Positions 11,000-22,757 of a stretch of 64,000 nt of DNA are shown here, piece by piece. Position 1 is the stretch's first letter. The number at the start of each line of letters is the position of its first letter. The translations under genes and the position numbers were made by a program. The notes under the pieces were generated by a model, which worked only from the letters and a program-made list of their open reading frames with translations, was not told the DNA's origin and ran no database searches. This stretch comes from Macrostomum lignano. Its lineage: Eukaryota. Location: contig NIVC01000916.1 of assembly GCA_002269645.1 (NCBI GenBank), positions 62,001 to 126,000 on the forward strand, given 5' to 3'.

Positions 11000-11443
11000 T
11001 TAAGTTGATGCAGAACTTTGGCTTAAGCCAACTATAGTGCAGCAATAAATTTCTCACTGCACAGCCAGTATCTGAATCTTCAATCGAGGGTGCTCCCAAA
11101 TCTTCTAGGTTATAAACCTGTCTACCAAGCAGCTCAGTCAGGAAAATAGACTTCCTTTCCCCATTTGTCCAGATCGGACCACTGGCAATCCTCAGAATGT
11201 CTTCCGCCAGTTCCATGTACGGACGGGTTCCATCATTCCACTTAAACTGGTGCAGACTCTTTGATAGCTGTCTGTAGCAAATTCGCATGTCAGGGGAGAC
11301 TCTCTCCCATGGATACGGAGGTGCGTACACATGGTGAGCAATTCGGTAGCTTCCCGCTCTGACCTGAACAACTGCCAACTCTTTCACAACAAATTTTTGC
11401 TTGTGCTGTTGCACGGGAATCCTTGGAATTCAATGTAGTTCAT
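11000..11443 (-). pseudogene. Polinton accessory DnaQ/DEDD-fold-like protein (frameshifted)
   Basis: MNYIEFQGF from ATG 11443, then a frameshift into FVVKELA...PPY...HQFKWNDG...Y...NLEDLG...CAVRN. This pattern resembles small exonuclease-fold ORFs of animal Polintons. The 3' end is approximate. Confidence 0.55.
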
Positions 11444-11486
11444 GATGCAGCTTTCCCTCGAAATTTCGGAGTCAGTTCCCCTTCTT

Positions 11487-12146
11487 TTATACTTTTCTTC
11501 CGGGCAGTTTCAGCCAGGCTGTGTTGCTCCCGTACCCCTTGACTAGACTCGCCTGTTCTTTCTCCAGTTCACTCCCTCTGCTGGTTGCCATTTTCTTTTT
11601 AACTGATTTACCAACAGCGGAAAGCGGAACATTAAGCTTTTTCTGCTGCAGCAAATCGATGAACTCACGCGCACATGGCGAATCCCTCACTGTGTGCTGA
11701 ATCAAGTCCAGTATGTTTGAGGAAGGGATTGACGTGCCCGCGATTTCCACCTCCTCGTTTTCACAAACTCGAATCAGCTCTGGATTGGTGGATACGATCG
11801 TCCATAGACTGCGAGCCCTGGTTTTGAATTTCTGTGGCACCGACTTGCTGATCTTCTCTTCCCAGGTGCTCATCTGTGGTGTCTCTGTTTTCATCAACTT
11901 GGCTTCAGTATTGCGTGCTCCTTCTTTTCCAGCGTGCTTGCGTTTGGCCAGCAAACTTTGCATTGCACTTTGATACATGGTGGTTTTCACATCTTCTGGA
12001 CAATCTTCGGCATACAAGATATCATCGCATTTCTTCTGAGCCTGCTTCAAGTTAGCGTCAGTGCTATTCTCATTCGGCTTCAAATTCTGCATCAACATCT
12101 CATACTCTGCTTTAGGAATCAGAACCATTTCTGAAAATTTGTTCAT
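11487..12146 (-). CDS. Conserved Polinton protein (PZ-like), 219 aa
   Basis: N-terminal MVLIP, ILYAED..DVK..MYQ, VPQKFKTRA..LW and E.EI.G..IPSSNILDLI motifs. It lies downstream of the ATPase/PW genes. Confidence 0.6.
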   Translation of the reverse strand: MNKFSEMVLIPKAEYEMLMQNLKPNENSTDANLKQAQKKCDDILYAEDCPEDVKTTMYQSAMQSLLAKRKHAGKEGARNTEAKLMKTETPQMSTWEEKISKSVPQKFKTRARSLWTIVSTNPELIRVCENEEVEIAGTSIPSSNILDLIQHTVRDSPCAREFIDLLQQKKLNVPLSAVGKSVKKKMATSRGSELEKEQASLVKGYGSNTAWLKLPGRKV

Positions 12147-12450
12147 TTTGCTTCTTCTTCTTTACCAGCTTAAGCAGAATCAGGAGTATTTTAATGAAGC
12201 CAACCTTCAACAAGTTTGTCTTTCTTCTTTTGTGAGTAATTTTTCGAATTATCTCTTTTGACTTTGCAAGAACAGCTTTTTCATCGAGCGAAAACGATAT
12301 ATTGTTTTGTATGAGATTATGGCAGGCCTCGACAAGAAAACAACGCACTTCTTTTGGACAATTTTTTATCAACAGCCGCTTGAAGCGCACGGTAAATTTA
12401 GGTGACGCAAGAACCGCAAAAAGACTTGCATGTGAATCAAGCACTTCCAT
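12112..12450 (-). CDS. Small basic Polinton protein (PW-like)
   Basis: RLLIKN...EACHNLIQNNISF...K..L.K.K..IRK...GFIKILL pattern. The likely start is MEVLDSH at 12450. Confidence 0.55.
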   Translation of the reverse strand: MEVLDSHASLFAVLASPKFTVRFKRLLIKNCPKEVRCFLVEACHNLIQNNISFSLDEKAVLAKSKEIIRKITHKRRKTNLLKVGFIKILLILLKLVKKKKQNEQIFRNGSDS

Positions 12451-12719
12451 AGCGATGAAAACAATAGCTGATAAACAAAGAAGCTTCACTTTCTTAAGCA
12501 AATACAAGATGGGGTCGCTGGTTGGGCAGAATTCTGGCCCGCACTCGCAGCTCATCGGGAGTTGATCGGTGAAAGTCTAGGAACAGGTAAGCTCCCCTGT
12601 TCTGCGCGGTCACGTGCTTGAACACTGACAGCAGAAAGCCGGGCTTCTCTGTAAAGCACTGCCTGCCCAGTGCTGCAATCTGCAGCTGGTCTCTGGGGTT
12701 TTTCAAGATAGCTAAGTAC

Positions 12720-14863
12720 CTTCGCGATCCGCTCTACCGTCCGCCAAAGCGGCCACCGCGGCGCTACTACCGCGCACTCAGAGCCACCGATACGCAGCGT
12801 CGCTTTGCTAGCGCCTTTAACACCGCGCTGGGCGACAAGCGTGGAAGTGCCGAGTATGCGGAAGTGTGCGCTGCAGTCAGAACCGCCGTGGAGCAAGCAG
12901 TCCCGATGATGCAACCGGCTCAACCTGGGCAGCCGGTCTGGCAGGACGACCCTGCGATTCAGGCAGCGAGGGAAGATCTGGAGAGGCTCCGCTTGAGCAG
13001 GCGACCAACCCGCGAGGCAGAGGCAGCTCTGGCGGCTGTCTACCTGCAGCGCCAACAAGCGGCTGTCGATGACGCCATTCAGGCTGTCTCTGCCGCTGGG
13101 CCCGATGCCAGAGGGCGCGTGGCCTGGTCCGCCATCAACGCTCTGACGGGGCGAAAGCGGCGCAATCCGCTGAACCTGGCTGTGACACTCCGGACGAGCG
13201 CAGGAACGAGCTGCGCGAGTTCTTCGCCACCATCGTTAACGCGCCGCCACCCCCGCTGCCAGACAGTCTGACGCTGCCGCCGGAGACGCCGTTGCCGGCA
13301 GAGGAGAGTTTCAGCGTAGCCCCAGTCAACGCAGCCGACGTTGTCAAGCTCGCCCAGCAGTCACCGGGCGGGAAAGCGCTGGGTCCGGAAGAGGTGCCCA
13401 TCGAGGCGCTGCGCATCCCCTGTGTGGCCGCTGAGGTCGCCAGAGTGATGAACCGCGTGCTCTTCGGTGAGGCGGCGCCCAACGAATGGACCACGGCGCA
13501 CATCGTCGCTATTCCAAAGAAGCCGGGCACCACTAGGCTTGAAGACCATCGAGGCATCTGCCTTCAGTCCTGTGCAGCGCAGCTGTTCAACCGGATGCTG
13601 CTTTCGCGGTTGCAGCCCGTGCTGGATCCGTACCTGCGCCCAGAGCAGAACGGGTTCCGGCCCCATCGCGGCACAGTGGCGCAGATCCTGGCTCTTCGCC
13701 GAGTCATCGAGGAGGCGCGATTCGCCAGTCGATCCTGATTCTAATCTTTATTGATTTCATTCGACTCGGTTGTCAGAGCCGTGCTTCCAATGGTGCTCCG
13801 TGCGTACAACGTGCCTAAGCAGCTGATCTCCGCTATCATGGCGATGTACCGTGATACGACAGCTGCTGTGACAACACCGGACGGCCTATCGGACTCCTTT
13901 GAGACATCCTCCGGAGTACTTCAGGGAGATACGCTGGCGCCGTTCCTGTTCGTCCTGGTGCTTGACTGGGTGCTGCGGACTGCTCTTCCTACCGACGACG
14001 ATGGTTTTCTGCTGCAGCGACGCGTGGGTCGACGTCAACCGGAGAAGCGGCTCAGCGTGCTTGGCTACGCCGACGACCTCGCCCTGCTGTCCTCGACCGT
14101 CGAGGGCGCCCAACGGCAGCTGGACAGGCTAGTTGCCGTTGCGGCGAGTGTCGGCCTGGTGGTCAACACGCAGAAGACCGTTGTGCTCTGCGTGCCGGAC
14201 GACATCGAGGCTGCAATATTCTGCCGAGGCGCTGACGGGCAGGCGACCGAACTCCCGCGATGTCAGCAGTTCGTCTACCTCGGCGGTCTGGTTCCAGAAG
14301 CTCGCGAGGACCTGCGACGCCGCCGCGGGCTTGCCTGGGCTGCCTTTCGTTCTGTGAGGGCAGTCCTGCAGTCCGAGGCCCTACCGGACCGCCAGAGGGC
14401 GGCACTGTTCCAGGCGGTAATCGAGACCGTCCTGTTGTACAACGCCGAGACCTGGACGCTGACGGACTCACTCGAACAGCAAGTCGATGCGGCGCACGCT
14501 GGCCTGCTGCGCGCCGCCTTCAACATCGGCGTCGAGCGAGTCACCAACGCGGCACTCTATCGCCGCGCTGGCCTGCCACGTCCAAGTGATCTACTGCACC
14601 GTCGGCGACTCCAGCTCGCAGGCCATCTCATCCGCGCCGAGTCGTACTGCCCACAGCTGGTGCAGGAGGTGCTGCTGCTCACGCTGCAGGCACCCTACCG
14701 GCGAGGTCAAGCGCGAACTCGGCGTTATGTCGACTGTCAGCTGGCTGACGCCGGCGCCCCGGACACTGCCGGTGGCGCGGCCTTTGTTCGCGCCCAAGCC
14801 ATGAAGCGCGCCCTGTGACGCAGACTTTTGCCATCCTGACAGCGTATTTTGTTGTTGTTGTTG
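12720..14863 (+). mobile_element. 5'-truncated RTE-clade non-LTR retrotransposon
   Basis: RT motifs (RGICLQS, EQNGFRP.R, GVLQGDTLAP, YADD, FVYLG) occur in frameshifted ORFs 13292-13738 and 13751-14818. It has a (TTG)n tail and TSD TAAGTAC at 12713-12719 and 14864-14870. Confidence 0.9.
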
Positions 14864-15095
14864 TAAGTACATTACATTTAAGCTCATTGTTCGCGACTCT
14901 TTTCCCTTGAAAAATATATTCTGAGTCAGCATCACCAAGAAGCACGGCAAGTGATGTGCGATTCCTGTGAAAAAATTTTGCATTGAAGCAGAGTTTGAAG
15001 TTTCCTCTATTAAGTCATCGAAAACAACCAGGTCATAGGGCCTAAGTGCTGCCTCGATGTTGGTGGGAAATCCCTGGCGCAGCTGCACACCTAGT

Positions 15096-15472
15096 GTGAC
15101 GACGTCGTTAGCATCTTAACTTTTTAGTTTCTATCTGAGTTTTTATTACTTAAAATTATTGTAGTTGATTAATTTTCAGGTTCCCCAGCTATTAATTTAA
15201 TGTAATTTATTTAGAAAAAAATGTACTTCATGTTTTATTTATTTAAGTCCAAGTTATTATTACTTTTTTGATAGACATCTTAGGTTTAAATGAATCGGAT
15301 TTCCCCGCCAATTTAAATGTTGCCTCGAGCTCGTTTTTGTACTCTCCTCAACGCGGCGTTTTGTCTCGTACCCTGCGTGTCAACACTACTAGTAATTGAA
15401 CTAGCTAACTAATAAATAAATAACTAATAATTAATTAATCGCTAACTACATCTCGAACTCGCTCACGTCATA
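15096..15472 (+). mobile_element. Solo LTR, 377 bp
   Basis: Ends TGTGACG...CGTCATA (one mismatch from a perfect 7-bp inverted repeat). 5-bp TSD CCTAG at 15091-15095 and 15473-15477. AATAAA lies near 15411. Confidence 0.75.
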
Positions 15473-15698
15473 CCTAGGCTGCTCAGTTCTGCATGGCCTG
15501 CCTGTGAGATCCCATAGTACCACAGAACTCTGCCAGGCTTCACATCAAACATGACGTCTCTGTACTGGATCAGGTGTTTGACAAAGGTTGTTTTTCCTGC
15601 ATTGGTGGGCCCGCAGACAATCATGCAGCTTCCCTGCCTGAGGCGGATATCGTAGCAAACTCGCTTTTCTGCCATGTCTAATGCATAAATATTAGAAA

Positions 15699-16208
15699 TC
15701 ACGCACATCTTTTTCTTAAGTTGGCTTCAAACCTCTGTAAGATTCTATCATTCAAATGATTTTTTTCATTAGCATGCAAATGCTTCAAAATCCCCTCAAA
15801 TGATCGATTGAACAGAAACTTTTGATAAGCAAAATAGATGCAAAACATTCCGCATTTATTAGAGTTAGCACATTGAAACCTGTTTTTATTGCTTCGGAGC
15901 CAAAAGCCAGTTGTTTTAATCTCCCGAAACAAATTATAAACCACAGATAAAATTTCAGGTTCCCAGCCGAGGGAGTTGAACAGCTCAATGCAATTTCCTT
16001 GTCCAACATAGCACACCACCCAATGACCAAATGAACCATTGTGCTGTAGTAGAACAAAAACAAACTTATTTTCGAGGGAAATTGATCGATATTTTCTTTT
16101 TAGACTCAAAGGCAAAAAATTTTTATAGCGTGAATGTAAAGTAATGATGAGAAATTTTCGGCAAGACAAAAATTTTCTGGCGAGATTAAGTAGTTGAATT
16201 GCGTCCAT
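15699..16208 (-). CDS. Adenain-like cysteine protease
   Basis: GHWVV (catalytic His), ELFNSLG, and FQCANSNKCGMFCIYF (Gln/Cys) as in adenovirus-type C5 proteases. Confidence 0.9.
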   Translation of the reverse strand: MDAIQLLNLARKFLSCRKFLIITLHSRYKNFLPLSLKRKYRSISLENKFVFVLLQHNGSFGHWVVCYVGQGNCIELFNSLGWEPEILSVVYNLFREIKTTGFWLRSNKNRFQCANSNKCGMFCIYFAYQKFLFNRSFEGILKHLHANEKNHLNDRILQRFEANLRKRCA

Positions 16209-17012
16209 GCCAATTAAGAGGAATAGTCCAGCAAAAGCTCCCGGTGCTTGGTGACCTCAATCAGCGAGTCATACAGGCACAGAGAGATCAGGGACACCGC
16301 TTCGTCCAGAGCCTGTCGGAAGCGAATCTCCAGCCGCAGGTTGCCCTCCTTCTGTCCCTACCACAGAGCCGCTCCCTCTGGTGTGAGATCGAATGCAAAC
16401 ACCGTGTTGTTGTTGGAGAAGAGCTGGTAGGGGATCCACGGGACCGAATTGCTTGCAGATTGACAGCTTTTCATGTGGTGCAAGTATTCTCTTACAAAGG
16501 AATTGTTTTCAGGTGTGAAGGCGCCGTGGCACACGGTCTCTCCGTGCCAACCGAGCCAACCGGCTGAGGTTGAAGCTCTGGAACTGGAACGGATTCGCGT
16601 GATGATGTGTAGTGACCTTCGCGAACTTTCTTTAGCGTATGAATAATAGAAATTTCCCGATATGGTAATATTAAATATTCTACGCTTTTCCTGAAATTTC
16701 CATCAAGTTCACAATATTATTTCTACACCGTTTATGCATAGTTAATTATTAATTTACATGAATTCTTGTACTGTAACACTTAGTCACTATTTGAGCAATA
16801 CGTACATACAACTTAGTTTTGTTATAAGGATGCACGTTTTTCCAGAACTTTCCGGAAACCCCAATTTCATCTATAAATACACGAAACCAGAAATGCAATT
16901 ATTTTAAGTCCTTTTCAATCACTCGATTGACTCAAATAACAGAGCATTCAATTGCTAAAGTCTTTACAACTGGTCCGGTGAGGCGGATCAACGCAAATAC
17001 ATCGCGATAACA

Positions 17013-18029
17013 ATGTCAACTCCTAGCGACTCCAGTGCGTCGAACCTACCGCCTCCTCCACCGACGGAGCAACCTCCGTTACCGGTCGTCAGTCAGCCCA
17101 GCGGCGTTGCTTCACCACCGGCGATAAGCCCGCCTAGCACCACCGCCGCGGCACCGTCAATTAGCCAGCCCAGCGTCCTTTTCTCGCCGGCTGCGATGCC
17201 GCCTTACCAGCAGGCTGTGGCTGCCGTCAGCGTCAAAGCCCCGCCGTTCTATCGCAACAACCCAGACGCTTGGTTCCAGACGCTGGAATCTCAGTTTAAG
17301 TTAGCCCGCATCACATCCGAGGAAACAAAGTACCATCACCTCGTGTCCAACCTGCCAGAAGACGTCGCATCTGTTCTCCTGTCGTCTGAGACTCCTGCCA
17401 ACTACACTCTACTGAAGACCAGCGTCTGCAACATGATGCAGAAGAGTAAGCAGGAGAAGATTAACGAACTTCTGGCGACATCGGACCTCGGCGGCGACAA
17501 GCCCTCGATTTTTCTACAACGCCTGACAGCCAAGATGTCGCAATGCGGGATACAACCAGCCAGCTGCCCGGACATGGTCAAAGCCACGCTGTTGCGCTGC
17601 CTACCGAGCGAATTCCGCCTGGCCTTGTCTGGATTCCAGGAACAGACTCCAGCACAGCTCGCCTCCATCGCCGACTCGATGTTGGCCGTCCAGAATTCCT
17701 TCGGTCGGGTCAACGCAGCGCAACCAGAGCTCATCGCGGCTGTACCAGCAAAACCAACCGGTGACTTCAACAAGGCTCGGAAAACTAGAAGCAACGGGAT
17801 GAAGCCGTTCAAAGCAGGTCAACGCCCCGTCATCTGCCGCGCTCATATCTTCTACGGCCAACAAGCGCGTACCTGCCGCCACTGGTGCCAGTTTCCAAAG
17901 GCACCCAGTCACTTCCCGCGCGTCCTTACGAACAACGAGGCGACGCCAGCGCAATCGCGATCATCGTCACCAACGCGAAACAGCCCAACTCCGGGAAACT
18001 GGACGACGCTGCCCAACACGCCGCAGTGA
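17013..18029 (+). CDS. gag: Gag
   Basis: [26 protein letters not shown] and CHCC box. Confidence 0.9.
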   Translation: MSTPSDSSASNLPPPPPTEQPPLPVVSQPSGVASPPAISPPSTTAAAPSISQPSVLFSPAAMPPYQQAVAAVSVKAPPFYRNNPDAWFQTLESQFKLARITSEETKYHHLVSNLPEDVASVLLSSETPANYTLLKTSVCNMMQKSKQEKINELLATSDLGGDKPSIFLQRLTAKMSQCGIQPASCPDMVKATLLRCLPSEFRLALSGFQEQTPAQLASIADSMLAVQNSFGRVNAAQPELIAAVPAKPTGDFNKARKTRSNGMKPFKAGQRPVICRAHIFYGQQARTCRHWCQFPKAPSHFPRVLTNNEATPAQSRSSSPTRNSPTPGNWTTLPNTPQ

Positions 18030-18055
18030 GCAGCGTCAGCCGAGGAAATGCGGCG
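17993..18055 (+). promoter_or_regulatory. -1 ribosomal frameshift signal (slippery G GGA AAC + H-type pseudoknot)
   Basis: GGGAAAC at 17993-17999 in the gag frame. Stem 1 pairs 18005-18012 with 18030-18037, and stem 2 pairs 18019-18025 with 18049-18055. Confidence 0.8.
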
Positions 18056-21000
18056 ACGAAGCACTTCCTGGTGGTGGACCTCACATTCAACGGTCAATGT
18101 CTGTCCTTCCTCGTCGACACAGGAGCCGCTGTGTCCATCATTCCGCCAAAGTATCTCCACCAGGCTCTTCAGGCTACCGGTTACAGATTGACTACCGCCA
18201 CCGGCACGTCCATTCCGGTTTCTGGAGAGATCACTCTCACCGTCTCCATCCGAGGACTTCGTCGATCCTTTCAGTGGACCTTCCTCGTCGCCGCCGTCAT
18301 CCAGCCGATCCTTGGTTATGACTTTCTATCCCGGTACGGTCTTTTAGTTGACTGCAAGGCACGACAACTGGTGGATCCAGAAACTACGCTGCACACGCAG
18401 ACTCTACCTGTCACCAGCCTGCAGCTTGACAGCTTCGCCGTCTCCTTGGCATATCCCGAGCATTGCGATCCGAGAGTGCAACAGCTCATCGATCGTTTTG
18501 CCGACACCTTCTCGTACGTCGAAGGTGGTCGCCTGCCTAGAGCTGAGGAGGTTAAACACAACACGAAGCACCACATCATCACCAACGAGCATCCTCCGAC
18601 ACATGCCAAAGCGCGACAGCTACATCCCGAGAAGCTTGCCATAGCCAAGGACGAGTTCCAGCAGCTGATCGACGCAGGATACCTTCGGCCTTCCGCCAGC
18701 AACTGGGCATCAGCTCTTCATATGGTCCCCAAGAAGGACAACGGTGTACCTAACGGAAAATGGCGACCCTGTGGTGATTACCGGCAGCTCAACAAGTTGA
18801 CCAAACCGGACAACTATCCTATTCCGCACATCCAGTGCTTCACAAGGAGTCTTCACGGTGCAAGGATCTTCTCGAAGCTGGACCTCGTACGAGCGTACCA
18901 CCAGATTCCGATCGCCGATGAAGATATTCCGAAGACCGCCATTATTACGCCGTTCGGTCTCTACGAATGGACCCGCATGCCGTTCGGGCTGCGGAACGCA
19001 GCGCAGACATTCCAGCGCTTCATCGACAGCGTCCTGCGGGGTCTTCCATATGCGATAGCCTACGTTGACGACCTCCTGATCGCATCGCCAAACGAGGAGG
19101 ATCACCTGCGACACCTGGAATCAGTCCTGACTCGTCTATCGGAGCACGGACTCAAGGTACAGCTCAGCAAGTGCACCTTCATGCAGCCGGAGGTAACCTT
19201 CCTGGGACATCAGGTGTCAGCCGAGGGCATCAGGCCGCTTGCCTCCAAGGTCGACACCATCCGGCAGTGGCCGATTCCCAAGGATGCCAACGCACTACGT
19301 AGGTTCATCGGTGTCATCGGCTTCTACCGCCGTTTCATCCCGAAATTCGCTGACATCGCCGCGCCTCTGCAGGATCTCGTTACTACATCTCTGCAGTCTC
19401 CACGATCCTACAGATGGAACTCGGTTCATCAAGAAGCCTTCGACAAGCTCAAGGCTGCCTTGGCAGAGCGGTTGCTGTTGCAGCACCCGGATCCGAGTTG
19501 CGACGCCTATAGCCTTGTCACGGATGCTTCATCTTACAGCGTCGGCGCAGCTCTTCATCAAACGACTGGCAATGTCACGACGCCCATCGGCCTGTTCAGC
19601 AAGAAGCTGACAGCAACGCAGCAAAAATACTCAGCTTTCGACAGGGAACTCCTCGCAGTGTATCTCGCCGTTCTGCATTTCCGGAGCCTGATCGAGGGAC
19701 GTGAAGTAACGGTTTTCACGGACCACAAGCCCCTAGCTCAGGCGTTCCACAGCAACAGCGGCGGAACTTCCGACCGGAATCAGCGATACCTGAGTGTCAT
19801 CACTGAATACGTCACGGACATCGCCTACATCCGCGGCTCCGACAACATTGTCGCTGATGCGCTCTCCCGGCTCGACGAAGCGGACATCAGCCAGGTCAAC
19901 AACGTCCAGCAGCTGTCACCCATAGACATTCCGGCCATCGCAGACGAGCAGAAGCGGGAGCAGCTGCTGTCACTCGATGGTTGCCGACCCTATCCGGTGG
20001 ACGGTCAACGAACCCTGCTCTGCGAGACCTCAACAAACTATCCGCGGCCGGTCGTCCCTGAGTCGCTGCGACGCCGGTACTACAGCACTTTCACGACCTG
20101 GGACACTTCGGCTTCCGCAAGACCGCCCGCCTCATCACGTCACGCTACTTCTGGCCAAATATGCGTGGCGACATTAAGGCCTACTGCCGAGCCTGTGAGT
20201 CCTGCCAGCGCAACAAAATTAGCCGCCACACGGTATCTGGAAGCTCGGAATTCGACCTGCCTTCGAATAGATTCGAGACCGTGCACATTGACATCGTCGG
20301 GCCTTTGCCAGTTCCGGAACGCCAGCACGACGTCTCATGCGGCTTGTCTCCTCGGTATCTTCTCACCATGATAGACCGGGGTACCAGCTGGATCGAAGCA
20401 GCGCCGATCGAGTCCATCACAGCCCAGAGCGTCGCCTCCGCCTTCCTAGCAACCTGGATCTCACGATTCGGGGTGCCCCTCTACATCGTGACTGATCGCG
20501 GGGCACAGTTCGAAGCGGACCTCTTCAACATCCTGGCTGCCAGCGTTGGTTTCTACCGCCTCCGTACGACTGCCTACCATCCGCAGACCAACGGCAAAAT
20601 CGAGCGCGCCCATCGAACGCTCAAGAACATCCTGAAGGTTCGTGGACAGTCCTGGCTTGACAATCTACCACTTGCACTACTCGCCATGCACATCTCTCCC
20701 GATGAGAACGGCGTCAGCCCCTTCACGCGTCTCACGGGGGAGCACCCGATGCTTCCACGAGTCCTGGTTCCCGACGACGTCAATCCTCAGTCTGTTCGGC
20801 TGCGCATGGACGACATCACCGACGGTACGCGATCTTCGCCTTCCACGACCAAGCTGTACATCCCTGCCGACCTCTGGACAGCAGAAAAGGTCTGGCTCCG
20901 TGTGGATCGCGTTCGCAAGCCTCTAGAAGCACCTTATCAGGGGCCCTATCCTGTCATCCGTCGGACAGACAAGTTTTTCATCATCGAGGCCCAGCCTGGT

Positions 21001-21234
21001 CGGCAGGAGGCCGTTTCGATCGACCGTCTGAAACCATTCCGCACGGCCAGTGGCACCATCAGTTCAAGGCTACCCGCCAAGAAACAGACGTCCACGGAAT
21101 CTCGCCAATGTTCCCAGCCGACAACTGTGCTCAACCAGCCGGATGCAGCCGCTAAGGGAGACAGCACCCCAGTGATCACCCGGAGTGGCCGGCATGTGCG
21201 ATTCAAGAAGTGCAATGACTATATGTATTTTTGA
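17993..21234 (+). CDS. pol: Pol (PR-RT-RH-IN), -1 frame relative to gag, one frameshift near 20075
   Basis: LVDTGA protease, [10 protein letters not shown] / MPFGLRNA / YVDD RT, TDAS / TDHKPL RNase H, and HIDIVG / TDRG / [11 protein letters not shown] / GPY integrase. Confidence 0.92.
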
Positions 21235-22368
21235 CCACTGACTGCTCTTTATCTAGGCCATCATCTGCTAGCTGTCCCACCTGATAGTTTTTTCCCCGGG
21301 ACTCCGTCTTCCGCGGGGGGGACTATTGTAGTGACCTTCGCGAACTTTCTTTAGCGTATGAATAATAGAAATTTCCCGATATGGTAATATTAAATATTCT
21401 ACGCTTTTCCTGAAATTTCCATCAAGTTCACAATATTATTTCTACACCGTTTATGCATAGTTAATTATTAATTTACAGATGACCGTTGAATGCTCGGTGG
21501 CTCACGAAGGCCAGCATGATGAACTTCGGCAATTTTCCATGAGTGAATCCTTCAATGTTTTTAGATTGAATGCCCTGGGGTAGGATGAAGTTCTGCATTT
21601 CAGTTCGCTCGATGGGATACAGTGCATTTTGGTTTGTCAGCCCCTGCTCGTGAGCCAGGCTGATGTGAGGCACCACTTTGACTCGGCGAAGATGCAGAAT
21701 GCTGTGAGAGATTTCCATGCGATAAGCCGCGTTGTTTAAATTCGGGGTTCTTCTGATGGCAAAGGCCCCATCGCTGGGGACCAGTTTGATGTGCAAGTGC
21801 AGATTGTTTAGCAGAAACACTGGGCACTGGAAAACATCGCTGAAGAGGGGCCCCGCATACTCCATCCATCGGGATTCCCTGTGGCTCTCCGTGTGCTCTT
21901 CAGCTGCAGAGTCCGGCTCCAGGAAGCCAGCTGGGTAAAGTTTTAGTTGCTGGGCATCAGATGAGCTCATTAGTGCTTTAAAGTACGCATGGTAGGGATA
22001 GAGCTGGTCTCCACCAGACACCACTCGCTGGTTAATGCTCACAATTACATCTGAGAAGGCTGTAGACAAAACAAAGTTTTCTGGGTGCACGTCACTGTCT
22101 CTGCGCTCGGTGATGATGCCATCTCCATCTCGAACATCCTCCCTCAGCAAACCCCCATCCAGTCTCACAAGGCGGCAGCGAATATAAAGAAAAGTATTAA
22201 GCAGATCTGTGTATTCATCGGCAGATTGGTGGCAGTCAAATTCAATGGGGGAGTTTGCAGTAATGGAATTAACTGGGTGAATATCAACATAAGTAGCTTT
22301 TTCAATGCAGGTTTGTAGAACAGGCGTCTTAAATAAATCAAGTCTGGGATTGAATCCGTAAGCCATGT

Positions 22369-22757
22369 CTATGACAGATAGTCGAGCACGCGTTTCACAG
22401 TTTTCTTGCTGACTTTTCGCTTTCGCTTTCCTCCGCCTGCTGCATTCTTCTTTGCTTTCGTCTTCCTATTCTTAAGCTTTTTCCTACTAGCCTTGCTCGG
22501 ATTTCTTTCATTGCACCTCTTATTGGTGCGATCTCTACCAGTTGCCTTTCGGGTGTACTTCTTCTTCTTCAATCGTTTCGGACTTGCTTTAGTATTTCTT
22601 TTGCGCCTGACATTGCTATGCGTTGAGAATGATGATGTAGCCGCTGGAGGAGGCTGGTATGTCATGATCCCCGGAAAGCTCCCACAGCCATAGAGTGCAG
22701 GCTTTTCGTGTCCTGTCCTCACCCCGAATATTGCTGGATCAGCTGCTGGTAGTTCAT
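22369..22757 (-). pseudogene. Basic core/genome-condensing protein-like ORF (stops and frameshift)
   Basis: Lies between penton and MCP. The ATG at 22757 overlaps the penton TGA. The C-terminus is very Lys/Arg-rich, ending GGGKRKRK...VLDYLS. Confidence 0.6.

Larger units (their letters stand above)
12494..15675 (-). pseudogene. A32/FtsK-like packaging ATPase, split into three by two insertions
   Basis: 15675-15473 carries Walker A GPTNAGKTT, 15095-14864 carries Walker B VVFDD plus HHLP/TQN, and 12719-12494 carries KNPRD...YLFLDF. Removing the inserts at their TSDs gives continuous frames ELSSLG/VQLRQG and SLNVMYL/AILKNPRD. Confidence 0.92.
16608..21477 (+). mobile_element. Ty3/Gypsy LTR retrotransposon, CsRn1-like clade
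   Basis: 5' LTR 16608-16968, PBS-like TGG at 16971, gag with CHCC motif (CRAH-x9-C-x3-C), pol, G-rich PPT, short 3' LTR 21327-21477, and 4-bp TSD GATG (16604-16607, 21478-21481). Confidence 0.95.
16214..22366 (-). pseudogene. Double jelly-roll major capsid protein, interrupted by a Gypsy element
   Basis: N-terminal part 22366-21478 (LDLFKTP...YTDLLNTFLY...). The C-terminal part 16603-16214 reads NPFQFQSFNL...VFAFDLTP...GNLRLEIRF...IEVTKHR.LLLDY with one frameshift and one TAG. Confidence 0.9.

Noticed and set aside
10593-11000. C-terminal half of the 273-aa ORF 10593-11414
   Set aside because: It is read-through into an alternative frame of the TBP-like gene. Family-like similarity ends near 11000.
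16969-16990. Assigning the primer tRNA for the Gypsy PBS (TGGTCCGGTGAGG)
   Set aside because: The position fits a PBS, but I cannot match it to a specific tRNA without the host tRNA set.
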